A stretch of DNA of 64,000 nucleotides, taken from positions 64,001 through 128,000 of the IMG/VR virus record IMGVR_UViG_3300035696_000005; one strand, 5' to 3'. This DNA is from a virus. Numbering within the stretch: position 1 is the first letter of the stretch; each line of letters starts with the position of its first letter. The notes under the pieces were generated by a model. That model was not told the origin of the DNA and made no database searches. It was given only the letters and a program-made list of their open reading frames with translations. The position numbers and the translations under genes are program-made. Of this stretch, positions 28,502-36,962 are shown in pieces.

Positions 28502-28843
28502 TCAGTGCGACGACGAATTTTTTTCGTCTTTGTCTTTAAGAACTTCGATGAAGTTCTCTCGGCACTTTGCAAACAAATGCGCCATAGATTCAAAGATCTT
28601 TTCTAAGTAGCGCTCGTAATCGAACTGAGGGTTTTTTGCTGAGTGATAGGCCAGTTGTTTGACGAAGAGTGTAACAAGAGCCCCACCCATAATATCGAGC
28701 TCGACCGTTGATTTAAGCTTGTATTTTTTAATTTCATCGCTCTTAAAAAACTTATCAACTTCGGCTGCAACAAGTTTTTCAAGCTCACTTTGTACGAGGT
28801 CGGTGGGAAGCGCAGTATTCTTTTCTCTGACCCGAGCATTCAT
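28502..28843 (-). CDS. Hypothetical protein
   Basis: Operon-contiguous ORF. Confidence 0.55.
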   Translation of the reverse strand: MNARVREKNTALPTDLVQSELEKLVAAEVDKFFKSDEIKKYKLKSTVELDIMGGALVTLFVKQLAYHSAKNPQFDYERYLEKIFESMAHLFAKCRENFIEVLKDKDEKNSSSH

Positions 28844-28856
28844 CCCTGCTTATCCC

Positions 28857-29465
28857 TTATACCGACTGAGGCTTCTTTTGAGACTCATCAAATTTCTTCC
28901 ACACAGCTGCCATACCGCCTTGGTTATAGATTGGAAGAAGATTCTCGCACAAAAATCCATAGAGAAATTCTGAGTGTGGAATGTCTGGAAACTTAACCCA
29001 AAGATAGCCTGCATCAAGTCCGAGGCTCTTACTGAGTTCGGCTAGTTGTTTCCAAGGATGGCTAGGAGCCCAACTCCACTGCCAAGGCTGCCCAGAAGCA
29101 GCACTAGAAAACACAAGGTCAACAGCAGCCCCGTACTGATGAGCAGAGTGACCAGGAGGCGCATCAGTAACAACTTTAGAGCGGTCCACCACGTTACCGG
29201 TTTCGTCTCGTCCTTCGGCATAGAGTTCCTTCTGACGACCCATCGTCCGAAGACCCTCGAAAATTCTTACTTCCATTCCCTGTTCGTGAGCCTTCGTAAT
29301 TAATTGTCGCACGATGGCTGCAAACGGCGGATAAAGTTCGGTTAGTTTTTGCTCGTCTTCCAGGCAAAGGGTAAACGTCGGAGTGGCTTGAGGTAGCGGC
29401 TGAGGAGTGGGCTTTGGCCTGTAGGTAAAAAGAGAAAGGATGAGCCGGATTAACTTCTGAAGCAT
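28857..29465 (-). CDS. Endolysin, M15 family L-Ala-D-Glu peptidase
   Basis: EGLRT..RQ..LY, SAHQYGAAVD, DIPHSE; start MLQK 6 nt after TATACT (alternative ATG at 29480). Confidence 0.85.
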   Translation of the reverse strand: MLQKLIRLILSLFTYRPKPTPQPLPQATPTFTLCLEDEQKLTELYPPFAAIVRQLITKAHEQGMEVRIFEGLRTMGRQKELYAEGRDETGNVVDRSKVVTDAPPGHSAHQYGAAVDLVFSSAASGQPWQWSWAPSHPWKQLAELSKSLGLDAGYLWVKFPDIPHSEFLYGFLCENLLPIYNQGGMAAVWKKFDESQKKPQSV

Positions 29466-29619
29466 AGATACAGTATACATGAGTTTGTCAAATCAGAATA
29501 GCTAAAGAAAACGCTAGCTTGTAAGTCGCCCGGGCAATACTAACTGGTCACGTTAGCGTAAGCCCGGGCCAAGCCGCGAATTTTTACTCAGGAACCACCC
29601 CTTTCAGCAGCGGCACATC

Positions 29620-29856
29620 TTATTTCTTCGATGTCAGATACATGTAGTGCTTTCCGGGCTTGTATTCGATCATCACGGGCTGATCATTCTCAATGGCGGC
29701 ATAGCAACCATTGATGAAGTCATCACTTAGATAACCCTTCATTGCCCAGGTTTTCATGTGAAGCTGAATATCGGAAAGGGATCGTTTGTCTGTTCCCTGT
29801 GCGTGGTGAACGTTTGCAATCACCTTCACTTTTTCAAGTTTACCTAGTTCTGCCAC
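29620..29856 (-). CDS. Hypothetical protein
   Basis: GGAGG RBS. Confidence 0.55.
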   Translation of the reverse strand: MAELGKLEKVKVIANVHHAQGTDKRSLSDIQLHMKTWAMKGYLSDDFINGCYAAIENDQPVMIEYKPGKHYMYLTSKK

Positions 29857-29864
29857 CTAACCTC

Positions 29865-30290
29865 CTAATTCCCGTGCGGCGCTGACTTCATCAAATTCGC
29901 AAAGTACTCGATGAGAAATACCTTCGGTGCAACATAGCACTTCAGTATGTCGAGTAGATTTGAAATGAAGAAGCCAGTCCCGACAGCCAGACTAATAATA
30001 CCCATCACGATAGAGCCGCCTTGCACTCCATCGTCCGGACTGTCCTTAGCGGCTTCCCTCCTAAAGATCCTAAAGCACCAAATGCTAAAAACCAGGAAGG
30101 CAACCCCGAAGAATAGCCAAACCATTGCCTCAGCAATGTTCCACTGAATGATTTGCTTCAGCACATCTGGAGCCTGATCCAATACGAAGTTTTTAGCGCT
30201 TCGCAAGGAATCCAGAGTGTCCTTGATGAATTGCTCCGTGAGTCCGTTTTTATCCATCGCTCTTCTCCTTGTGCCAATCGCCTCGCCCAT
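29865..30290 (-). CDS. Membrane protein
   Basis: Two TM segments, APKVFLIEY end; probable start MDKNG. Confidence 0.65.
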   Translation of the reverse strand: MGEAIGTRRRAMDKNGLTEQFIKDTLDSLRSAKNFVLDQAPDVLKQIIQWNIAEAMVWLFFGVAFLVFSIWCFRIFRREAAKDSPDDGVQGGSIVMGIISLAVGTGFFISNLLDILKCYVAPKVFLIEYFANLMKSAPHGN

Positions 30291-30687
30291 AGATCTGTTG
30301 AGTGATCGGAAGCTTAGAGAAGCTCCGATGAGTCTCTAGCTTAAGGTCAACAAATTCCTTGAGGCGTTCATGCCAGCGCTGAAATTCTTCCAAAGTCTTG
30401 GGTGTTCCGTCTCTGAAAAAATGAAGCTGCAGCCTCTGGTACACAGAGAGCTTCTCGCAGTGACCGTATTTCTTGATGATCGCCTCAACTGCATGAATCT
30501 GTCCCAGCCCTTCGCGGCCCACCATCGGTACGGACAGCACTTGCTTGGCCACGCCAAAGTAAGTGTCGTCTGGAGCTTCGTTGGGCACCTTGGTGATCGT
30601 GATAGAAGCACCGCCCTCAGTCTTCTCACTCGTTACATTAAACTTAGAGGGGCCACCTTTTACTGCTTCGTCTTCAATAACACACAT
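30250..30687 (-). CDS. Hypothetical protein
   Basis: AAGGAG RBS. Confidence 0.55.
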   Translation of the reverse strand: MCVIEDEAVKGGPSKFNVTSEKTEGGASITITKVPNEAPDDTYFGVAKQVLSVPMVGREGLGQIHAVEAIIKKYGHCEKLSVYQRLQLHFFRDGTPKTLEEFQRWHERLKEFVDLKLETHRSFSKLPITQQIYGRGDWHKEKSDG

Positions 30688-30711
30688 AAATAAATCTCCT
30701 TCTCAAAACAA

Positions 30712-30744
30712 CTACGCCCGGAGGTCATAAACCGCCGGGCGTAG
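30712..30744 (-). terminator. Intrinsic terminator downstream of tmRNA
   Basis: 10-bp stem CTACGCCCGG/CCGGGCGTAG then TTGTTTT. Confidence 0.7.
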
Positions 30745-30843
30745 GATTTGCTGCGCAGCCCCCCTTTTTACGGGGTGGTACCTGCTGCTACAGCTGAAGC
30801 GCTACCGGGGCAGATCAATGCCATGTCGATAACGCATCAAAAT

Positions 30844-31271
30844 TGGTGGAGCCGCAGGGGAGCCGCCCCCCTGGTCCAAAACTCTTCGCCTCAATTCATC
30901 TACATGCTTAGCTTGTTTTGCGGTCAAGCAACCGTAATTCAGGCCCGACCTGGTTAGAGGTCGATCCACCAGCCACCAAGTTTTTTACGAGGCAAGGTAG
31001 CTATCCTCGGAGCCGATTTATTTCCACCAACCGGCATGGCAGTTTGCTGGATTCTGTTGCTAGGTCCTCAGCACCCCGACTGCTTCATTAGCTTGTGCTA
31101 ATTAGGCAGCCATACGGACTTCGCGGGCAGCGTCGCGAGCTTGGCGAGCAGCAGCGAAATCCACGTGAATGACATTGTCATTTACATTTTGATCAATTTT
31201 TAAGGAGACCACTTGATCAACCTCCGCATGCAAACCGAGCCTCTCTAGTTCTGTCGAATCTAATCGGCCCC
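30844..31271 (-). ncRNA. ssrA: tmRNA (one-piece, about 428 nt)
   Basis: 5' GGGGCCGATTAGATTCGAC, 3' CGGCTCCACCA; 7-bp acceptor with G3:U70; internal tag ORF ...VNDNVIHVDFAAARQARDAAREVRMAA* (stop 31102-31104); TATAAG just upstream. Confidence 0.92.
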
Positions 31272-31280
31272 ATACAGAAC

Positions 31281-31778
31281 TTATACCACAGGTTCTGTTA
31301 AATCGCACTCAGGAATGGAAGGCGGAGTCCAGACAATCCAAGTCACCTTGGGGAAGTCTAAGAGCACGCCTTTCAGTGCTGTTTCCGTATGCTCCCACGG
31401 CACGTTAAATAGCCCTGAGTTAAAGCGGTTCGAATGAATCTCAATCGGGACATCAGTATCGAGGTAGGCTTTGAAAAGATCTTTCAAAGCCAGAATCGTA
31501 TTACCGATAATCGCCGGTCGCTCATCCAAACTCTTTGCAAATCCACCTGAAGTGATCAGGCAACCTACGTTCTCCGAAGTGAGAAACGTTGTGCCAGACA
31601 CCTTTGAATCGTGGTGTTCACAATAGTCTCTGTATTCTTTGTGGGACTTAGGAAACCGCTTCCTAAATTCTACAGCAATACCTGAACCCCATACCCCGTA
31701 TGAGTTGCAGGCATGCACCAGAATACTTCCTGTAGGAGCCTCAAAAAGGCTCCCTGTTTTGTGTCTTACTTGGGTCAT
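31281..31778 (-). CDS. Macrodomain (ADP-ribose-binding/hydrolase) protein
   Basis: LVHACN..G.WGSGIA..F, IHSNRFNSGLF.VPW. Confidence 0.85.
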   Translation of the reverse strand: MTQVRHKTGSLFEAPTGSILVHACNSYGVWGSGIAVEFRKRFPKSHKEYRDYCEHHDSKVSGTTFLTSENVGCLITSGGFAKSLDERPAIIGNTILALKDLFKAYLDTDVPIEIHSNRFNSGLFNVPWEHTETALKGVLLDFPKVTWIVWTPPSIPECDLTEPVV

Positions 31779-31780
31779 AA

Positions 31781-33265
31781 TTAGCTCCTTTGCGATGCAA
31801 GGCGATTGCGAATGGTCTCGAAAGTCTCGATATTACACATCCCCCCATCGTTGAAGATAGGGCGCAGCAGATCGCCAGTCACTTCACAATCCAGAGTCAT
31901 TCCGTCTTTCCAGTGAACGTGGCCTTCGGAATCCCTCCAAACAGCGACTTTGCCTTTCTGAGACTTCTTGATTCCATTGTCCGTCTTGGGATCTTTGAAG
32001 ATCTGCTTTTCTTTCCCATCAATCACACATGCAGTAGACTTCAGAGCAAATCCGAAGGTATCACGCGTGTTGTACTGATAGGTGTAAGAACCAATCCCAA
32101 AGACCACGTTTGTAGATGCGAATCCCTTTGCTTCGAGCCTCTGAGTAATCTCTTCGGCCCTTTTCAGAGTGATCGCATCTCCATAGATGAGCCCGATGTG
32201 GGAATCGAGTTGCTTGAAGCCTTTGGCAGTTTTAGTTCCACCAAAGATATCATAAAGAGCTTCAACAGCACCTTTACGCTCAAGCTCAGTCTTCCCATTA
32301 GGATCACCGCAGACAATGAGAACCGGATCGCCCGAGTCAGGACGAATAACAACCTTATCCAGACCCAGCGGATGACCTTTGCGAGCCATGATCTTATCCT
32401 TCAATGCGGGAAGAACATGACCAATGACGCCCCAGAAGTCATAGCCATCAGATACAATCGAGACCGGACCACTCGGATGAACCCGACAGATCACATTCTC
32501 AAAGTAGGCCATATCATCGCCGTAGGCGCACTGAATGGAGTGCTCCGTTGCCGCGATAGAGGTTCCGATGAGCTCCTTCTCCACATTACCACCATAGTAA
32601 TACTCGATGGCAGGAATGGCAGGAACCGTATCGGTACCAACGAAGCTCGTCAGATGCCCGATACCAGTCAACTTCGCAGCCTCAAGACCCATCATTCCAC
32701 GCATGGAAAAATCATGACCTTGGAACTGAACAAAGCTCGTATCGCCCACAGTTCTCATTGCTGCCGCATCGAGAAGCTTACGATACTGGTGAGCAATGGT
32801 TGCTGCCGTGTAAGTAGGCCAGAGCTCAGAAGACATCAGAGTTTCGACGTAGTTGGTCAGCCAAAAGAATTCAGGCTTCGTGTTTTGGATCGTAAGGCTC
32901 GGAGTCCGAAGAGGAAGAATCGTTCCTTCAGGAACTGCCTTAACCAGAAGCGGAAGATATCCAAGCTTGTGAAGTGCTTCGATATGCTCCGTCTCAGGCT
33001 TCTCTTGCCCCAGCGTATACTTCACGATCCTGGAATACTCGGCAACCACTTTAGCCATAGGTCTGCTGAAGAAGTGCTCTTGGAAGTAGTCCTTCAGGAA
33101 CTTAACGAAGCGCTGATTACCGGCAACGACAACCTCTTCCACATCCTTCATCCGGCTAGCGCGGTGAGTCCACGTGGAATAGACAACTTCAGTTTTTTGG
33201 GGGTACATCGGACGGTGGAACAGCTTATAAAAATCGGCCAACAACATTGCAGAAGTGCGTTCCAT
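31781..33265 (-). CDS. nadV: Nicotinamide phosphoribosyltransferase-like (NadV/Namat-like)
   Basis: LLADFYK, HDFSMRG, ATEHS, SIVSDGYD, IRPDSGDP, YGDAIT, FALKST. Confidence 0.92.
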   Translation of the reverse strand: MERTSAMLLADFYKLFHRPMYPQKTEVVYSTWTHRASRMKDVEEVVVAGNQRFVKFLKDYFQEHFFSRPMAKVVAEYSRIVKYTLGQEKPETEHIEALHKLGYLPLLVKAVPEGTILPLRTPSLTIQNTKPEFFWLTNYVETLMSSELWPTYTAATIAHQYRKLLDAAAMRTVGDTSFVQFQGHDFSMRGMMGLEAAKLTGIGHLTSFVGTDTVPAIPAIEYYYGGNVEKELIGTSIAATEHSIQCAYGDDMAYFENVICRVHPSGPVSIVSDGYDFWGVIGHVLPALKDKIMARKGHPLGLDKVVIRPDSGDPVLIVCGDPNGKTELERKGAVEALYDIFGGTKTAKGFKQLDSHIGLIYGDAITLKRAEEITQRLEAKGFASTNVVFGIGSYTYQYNTRDTFGFALKSTACVIDGKEKQIFKDPKTDNGIKKSQKGKVAVWRDSEGHVHWKDGMTLDCEVTGDLLRPIFNDGGMCNIETFETIRNRLASQRS

Positions 33266-33351
33266 ATAATCTCCTTTGATATGGAATATGTTTTGTTACT
33301 CAATCTCCATCGCGAGTAACTATTCAAGCATAAAGGCAATTTTTTCTTACG

Positions 33352-34155
33352 TCAAACCTCGATTCCGTCCGTGTTCTTACACAGACTGTTGGTTGTAAAA
33401 AGTTTGATCCCGGCTTTTTCAAGGACCTCACGGCCCTTACTGAAGATACCGTGAGTGACAAACAGATTGATGGTATGGCTGTTCTCGTACTTTTGATTCA
33501 GTGTCTTTGCAACACTTAAGAAAGTTGCTCCGCCGTCGCAAAGGTCATCGAGAATAAGAAAACGCGTGTTGGGCTTACACTCGTAGCTTTCTCCGTCAAC
33601 CATCCTATGCCCAGTGATGTTGCCATTCGATTGTTCACGCACCTTTTCAAATGTCATTGTCGGTATGCCACAGTACCTACCCTCTCTTGAAGTGATTGGT
33701 AAATATCTTTTCCTTGCCCCGTAGTCTGGGAACACAATGAAATGCGGCGATAGCAGAGTAACGGTGGCGTGGTGAATGAAATACATTTCTTCGTTTCTGA
33801 AGTTTCTGATCAAATCCCGAGTTAGACTTGGGTTATGAACGTCAACCGACGTGACCTCCGCAAACTCAAGACCATTGATCAGATCAGCGAAAACTCTGAG
33901 ATTGAAAGTTGAATCGTTCGACACACCCTTGTCCTGCCTGCCGTACGGTAAGAACGGAACATGAAGATGAATCGCGGCATCCTTTCTTAGGAGCTTTCTC
34001 AGGCTGTAGAGATCGATAATTTCCCTCTCAGCCTCAAATCGCCAGTCAATCTGAAGCACTTTTGTATTAAGAATTTTATCAGGAAGATTCCAGACCTGAG
34101 AGGTTCCGTCTGGAAAGATCGTAGGCTTAATCAGATGCCCGTTTACTTTAATCAT
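33352..34155 (-). CDS. Ribose-phosphate pyrophosphokinase-like (Prs/Adps-like)
   Basis: FPDG, PFLPYGRQD, DVH, FPD.GA, ILDDLCDGGATF, VTHGIFS. Confidence 0.88.
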   Translation of the reverse strand: MIKVNGHLIKPTIFPDGTSQVWNLPDKILNTKVLQIDWRFEAEREIIDLYSLRKLLRKDAAIHLHVPFLPYGRQDKGVSNDSTFNLRVFADLINGLEFAEVTSVDVHNPSLTRDLIRNFRNEEMYFIHHATVTLLSPHFIVFPDYGARKRYLPITSREGRYCGIPTMTFEKVREQSNGNITGHRMVDGESYECKPNTRFLILDDLCDGGATFLSVAKTLNQKYENSHTINLFVTHGIFSKGREVLEKAGIKLFTTNSLCKNTDGIEV

Positions 34156-34174
34156 AAAAGTCTCCTTCTAACTT

Positions 34175-34196
34175 CTTATACCCTCAAAATGGGTAA
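34175..34196 (-). promoter_or_regulatory. TTACCC-N10-TATAAG motif copy 2
   Basis: Directly after a terminator, upstream of the prs-like gene. Confidence 0.65.
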
Positions 34197-34200
34197 ATAA

Positions 34201-34227
34201 AACCGGGGTGCGTTCTGCACCCCGGTT
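34201..34227 (-). terminator. Intrinsic terminator
   Basis: 11-bp stem then TTTATTT. Confidence 0.75.
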
Positions 34228-34231
34228 GAGC

Positions 34232-34738
34232 TTAGCTATGGTTAACCGCAGCACTCTTGTCGATGTAGGCGTGAAGACCGCTCTCACATTGGTCATTACC
34301 AGGATTGAACGGATGATGCGGAGTGTGCCAACGCTTCAGCTTCCACCTGAATTTGTTGTTTCCACGTTTATTCTTCCGAACCACTGACTCAAACGTGTGA
34401 AGTGGACAAAACTTCTTAGACACTACAGGTCCCGTCTGGTAGGCGTATTCAGCGCCCACAACGTAGGCTTCGGACACACGAAGCTTATCAAACCTATTGA
34501 CTCCGTTTCTTCTAGCAGCATCTCCTGGGACAAAAAGCGTTAGCACAACATCCCTACTGCCGTTGTACTCACCTCTTTTGAAGAACACCTCACGAACTTT
34601 CTTGTAGCAGATGAACGGTTTACCGATATCAGGAATCTTCGTGAGGGTTTGATTTTCCTCAGCTAGACTTCTGATCAAAGCCTCGTTCGGTGCTTTTTTG
34701 AAATAGTCTGAGATTTTTTGAAATAGTCTTTTGATCAT
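34232..34738 (-). CDS. Hypothetical protein, tandem paralogue B
   Basis: Shares LTLFVP.DA.RRNG...DKLRVS, FRW...WH, QC..GLHA with 34750-35226. Confidence 0.75.
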   Translation of the reverse strand: MIKRLFQKISDYFKKAPNEALIRSLAEENQTLTKIPDIGKPFICYKKVREVFFKRGEYNGSRDVVLTLFVPGDAARRNGVNRFDKLRVSEAYVVGAEYAYQTGPVVSKKFCPLHTFESVVRKNKRGNNKFRWKLKRWHTPHHPFNPGNDQCESGLHAYIDKSAAVNHS

Positions 34739-34749
34739 GAGCGGTTCTC

Positions 34750-35226
34750 CTAGAGGTAATACTTCTTAGCCGAGGCTTTGGAAATAAATGCATGAAGCCC
34801 GTGAGAGCACTGACCAGCCGCTGCCGCAAACTTATACGCCGGTTTATGCCATTTACCAACCACCCAGCGAAATTTCCCCTCCGCAGATTTCTTTTTCTTG
34901 TTCAGTTGGGAATAAATGATATTGTAGGTGTGGCCGGGGAAGAATTCTTTCTCACTGATCGGGTTTCCACTGCGGCTTTCTGCTTTGACAACAAACGCGG
35001 CAGAAACTCTGAGCTTGTCGTGGCGACTGTTACCATTCCTTCTCTTTGCATCCGCAGGAACATAAAGAGTCAGGATCGCAACATTTTTTCTGCGCCCATT
35101 CTGATCAGGGACAATCACTTTCTTAAATGCGATGAAATCCTTACCTACCTGTGGCACCCGTGCCATTCTTTCATTTTCTTTAAGCAACTTCTTAATCAGT
35201 GCGCTGCTTGGTTTTTTTCTTGTCAT
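34750..35226 (-). CDS. Hypothetical protein, tandem paralogue A
   Basis: Same motifs as 34232-34738; AAGGAG RBS. Confidence 0.75.
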   Translation of the reverse strand: MTRKKPSSALIKKLLKENERMARVPQVGKDFIAFKKVIVPDQNGRRKNVAILTLYVPADAKRRNGNSRHDKLRVSAAFVVKAESRSGNPISEKEFFPGHTYNIIYSQLNKKKKSAEGKFRWVVGKWHKPAYKFAAAAGQCSHGLHAFISKASAKKYYL

Positions 35227-35246
35227 CTGAATCTCCTTTTTTAAAT

Positions 35247-35405
35247 CAGTGAGGTGAGGAACTCAGCTCATGTACACTCGCACACTAGTTCCCCACCACC
35301 AAAGACATCCGTGGTTTCGCTCCACAGACTACCGGTACAACAATTCCCGGAGTGCTTACCTCTTTACACCAATGTCACCTGCCAGCCAGGATACGCCTGG
35401 CACGC
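35247..35405 (-). ncRNA. Candidate structured RNA with tRNA-like cloverleaf
   Basis: No credible ORF; 73-nt domain 35304-35376 closed by GACAT/ATGTC with three hairpins, plus GGGGAACT/AGTTCCTC stem. Confidence 0.4.
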
Positions 35406-35624
35406 CTATTGAAATCGCATGCTTCTACACTCGTATTCCTTATGCCCGTCTGTGATGCATTGACGAACGAGGCGTTCCCTCTCTGTCACGCTTTTGGGCG
35501 TGACGCTCAGAAACACAAGTCCCATCGACAGAAGAAACGTAAGGAATGCGATAACGACCAAAAGCTCTCCGATTTTCTTTTTCTTTTCAATTCTCGCCAA
35601 ATCCTCCCTCATTCCCGGTCCCAC
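35406..35624 (-). CDS. Small membrane protein
   Basis: One TM helix, C...G....EC end. Confidence 0.55.
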   Translation of the reverse strand: MGPGMREDLARIEKKKKIGELLVVIAFLTFLLSMGLVFLSVTPKSVTERERLVRQCITDGHKEYECRSMRFQ

Positions 35625-36694
35625 CCTTCAACTTCATACAGAAACTTCGTCCTACCCAAGAGCTTGCGGGTGTAAGAAGTACTCTGGACGAACGGAGTAT
35701 ACTGCTCCAGGCTTGTCGGACGAATACGAACAGTTCCGTGTTCAGGCAAACCAAGAAGCTCACGAGCCCTGCGACCCGTGTACATATCGCCCGTTCTCTT
35801 ATCGAGAAGGACGATCTCCTTATGGGCTTGGATGTTTTCCGACTTCGTGAATTCATAGAAACCACGGCCCTTTACATAAGGAATGCCGTTTGCCTCAACG
35901 AATCCTTTGATCGTCGTATCGCTATCCACATCCATGACTTGGAAGCGCCCCGCAGGAACAGCAGAAAAATCAGCTGCCCCGAACGCAGTTCTTCCGCCGG
36001 AGCGATTCAGAAGCGTGTTAAACACACGCTCCATGCTTCGATTCATGCGGTGACTGCGAACGATTTCCTGCTCGAAGTTCTGGAGCTGTTCTTCACCCAC
36101 CTGACGGTAGCAGATCGCCATGATCATGTCCGTCACTTGAGAGAACTGGTCCAGGTTCAAGTGAAAGCCTCCGGTCTTCTCCGCAATCTCACGGTAGAAG
36201 CTTGTGGCATGACGATGGTTCAGTGCCTGAACGCCGTAGACATGGATGCCAGACTCCAAAAGAAGACCCAGCTCGTTTCTCCAGTTGATTTTCTTTTTGT
36301 TCTGACGGTCGGTAGGTCCGTGCGGAATGTCATCCCCGATCATCGCAAGGACCTTGGATTTGCCAGATGTCCAGGAGATATCGGTGCGTGCCTCGTGAAG
36401 GACGAGCTCATAGCATTCCTCAGAGTCGCCACCACCCGTTGCCTCCACTGTATCCACAAAGCGACAGATCGCACGGACATCGTCCGAGAGATCAAAATGC
36501 TTTGTGACATAAGTTGAGCCCGCGTCACAGTAATCCCCGTGAGCGATAATCCCAATACGGATATTGGGGATCTCCCGGAAAAGGCGGGTGACGTTTTCCT
36601 TCAGGGTTCGACGTACCTGAGTCAAGCATGGGTACATCGATCCTGTGGTATCGAACGAAAATACGACTTCAATGTTTTCAGTTGGCCTACTCAT
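35609..36694 (-). CDS. vWA domain protein with C-terminal accessory domain
   Basis: FSFDTTGSM, HGDYCD, GGGD..ECYE, GDDIPH. Confidence 0.85.
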   Translation of the reverse strand: MSRPTENIEVVFSFDTTGSMYPCLTQVRRTLKENVTRLFREIPNIRIGIIAHGDYCDAGSTYVTKHFDLSDDVRAICRFVDTVEATGGGDSEECYELVLHEARTDISWTSGKSKVLAMIGDDIPHGPTDRQNKKKINWRNELGLLLESGIHVYGVQALNHRHATSFYREIAEKTGGFHLNLDQFSQVTDMIMAICYRQVGEEQLQNFEQEIVRSHRMNRSMERVFNTLLNRSGGRTAFGAADFSAVPAGRFQVMDVDSDTTIKGFVEANGIPYVKGRGFYEFTKSENIQAHKEIVLLDKRTGDMYTGRRARELLGLPEHGTVRIRPTSLEQYTPFVQSTSYTRKLLGRTKFLYEVEGWDRE

Positions 36695-36954
36695 GTATGT
36701 TCCTTTTGATCACTAATTGCAGCTCGGTATCCGAGCCGAAAGGCGTTTTGAATCTCTGCTCCGTGAGGAGCGCCCAGACATCTTCGAGTATCAATGAAAC
36801 GAAGAAGCGCAAGATGCTCTGGTCTCAAGCGCTCTTCAATTTTACTTATGTCTATGTACTCCTTCTCAGTAAGAGGAGTGAAGTGTTTCTTTATCTCTTC
36901 CTTGGCGCTAGCTAGCTCATCGTAGCCAACGATTTTGCCTGTCTTTGTATCCAT
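36691..36954 (-). CDS. Hypothetical protein
   Basis: GGAGG RBS; ATGA coupling. Confidence 0.55.
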   Translation of the reverse strand: MDTKTGKIVGYDELASAKEEIKKHFTPLTEKEYIDISKIEERLRPEHLALLRFIDTRRCLGAPHGAEIQNAFRLGYRAAISDQKEHT

Positions 36955-36962
36955 TCGTCCTC

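Noticed and set aside
31102-31308. 68-aa minus-strand ORF
   Set aside because: Lies inside the tmRNA; only its 3' part is the tag reading frame
31790-33319. 509-aa plus-strand ORF
   Set aside because: Antisense shadow of the NAMPT-like gene; no RBS or recognisable motifs
35738-36517. Long plus-strand ORFs (also 9314-9880, 24973-25674, 53326-54057)
   Set aside because: Each fully overlaps a better-supported minus-strand gene with RBS or motifs
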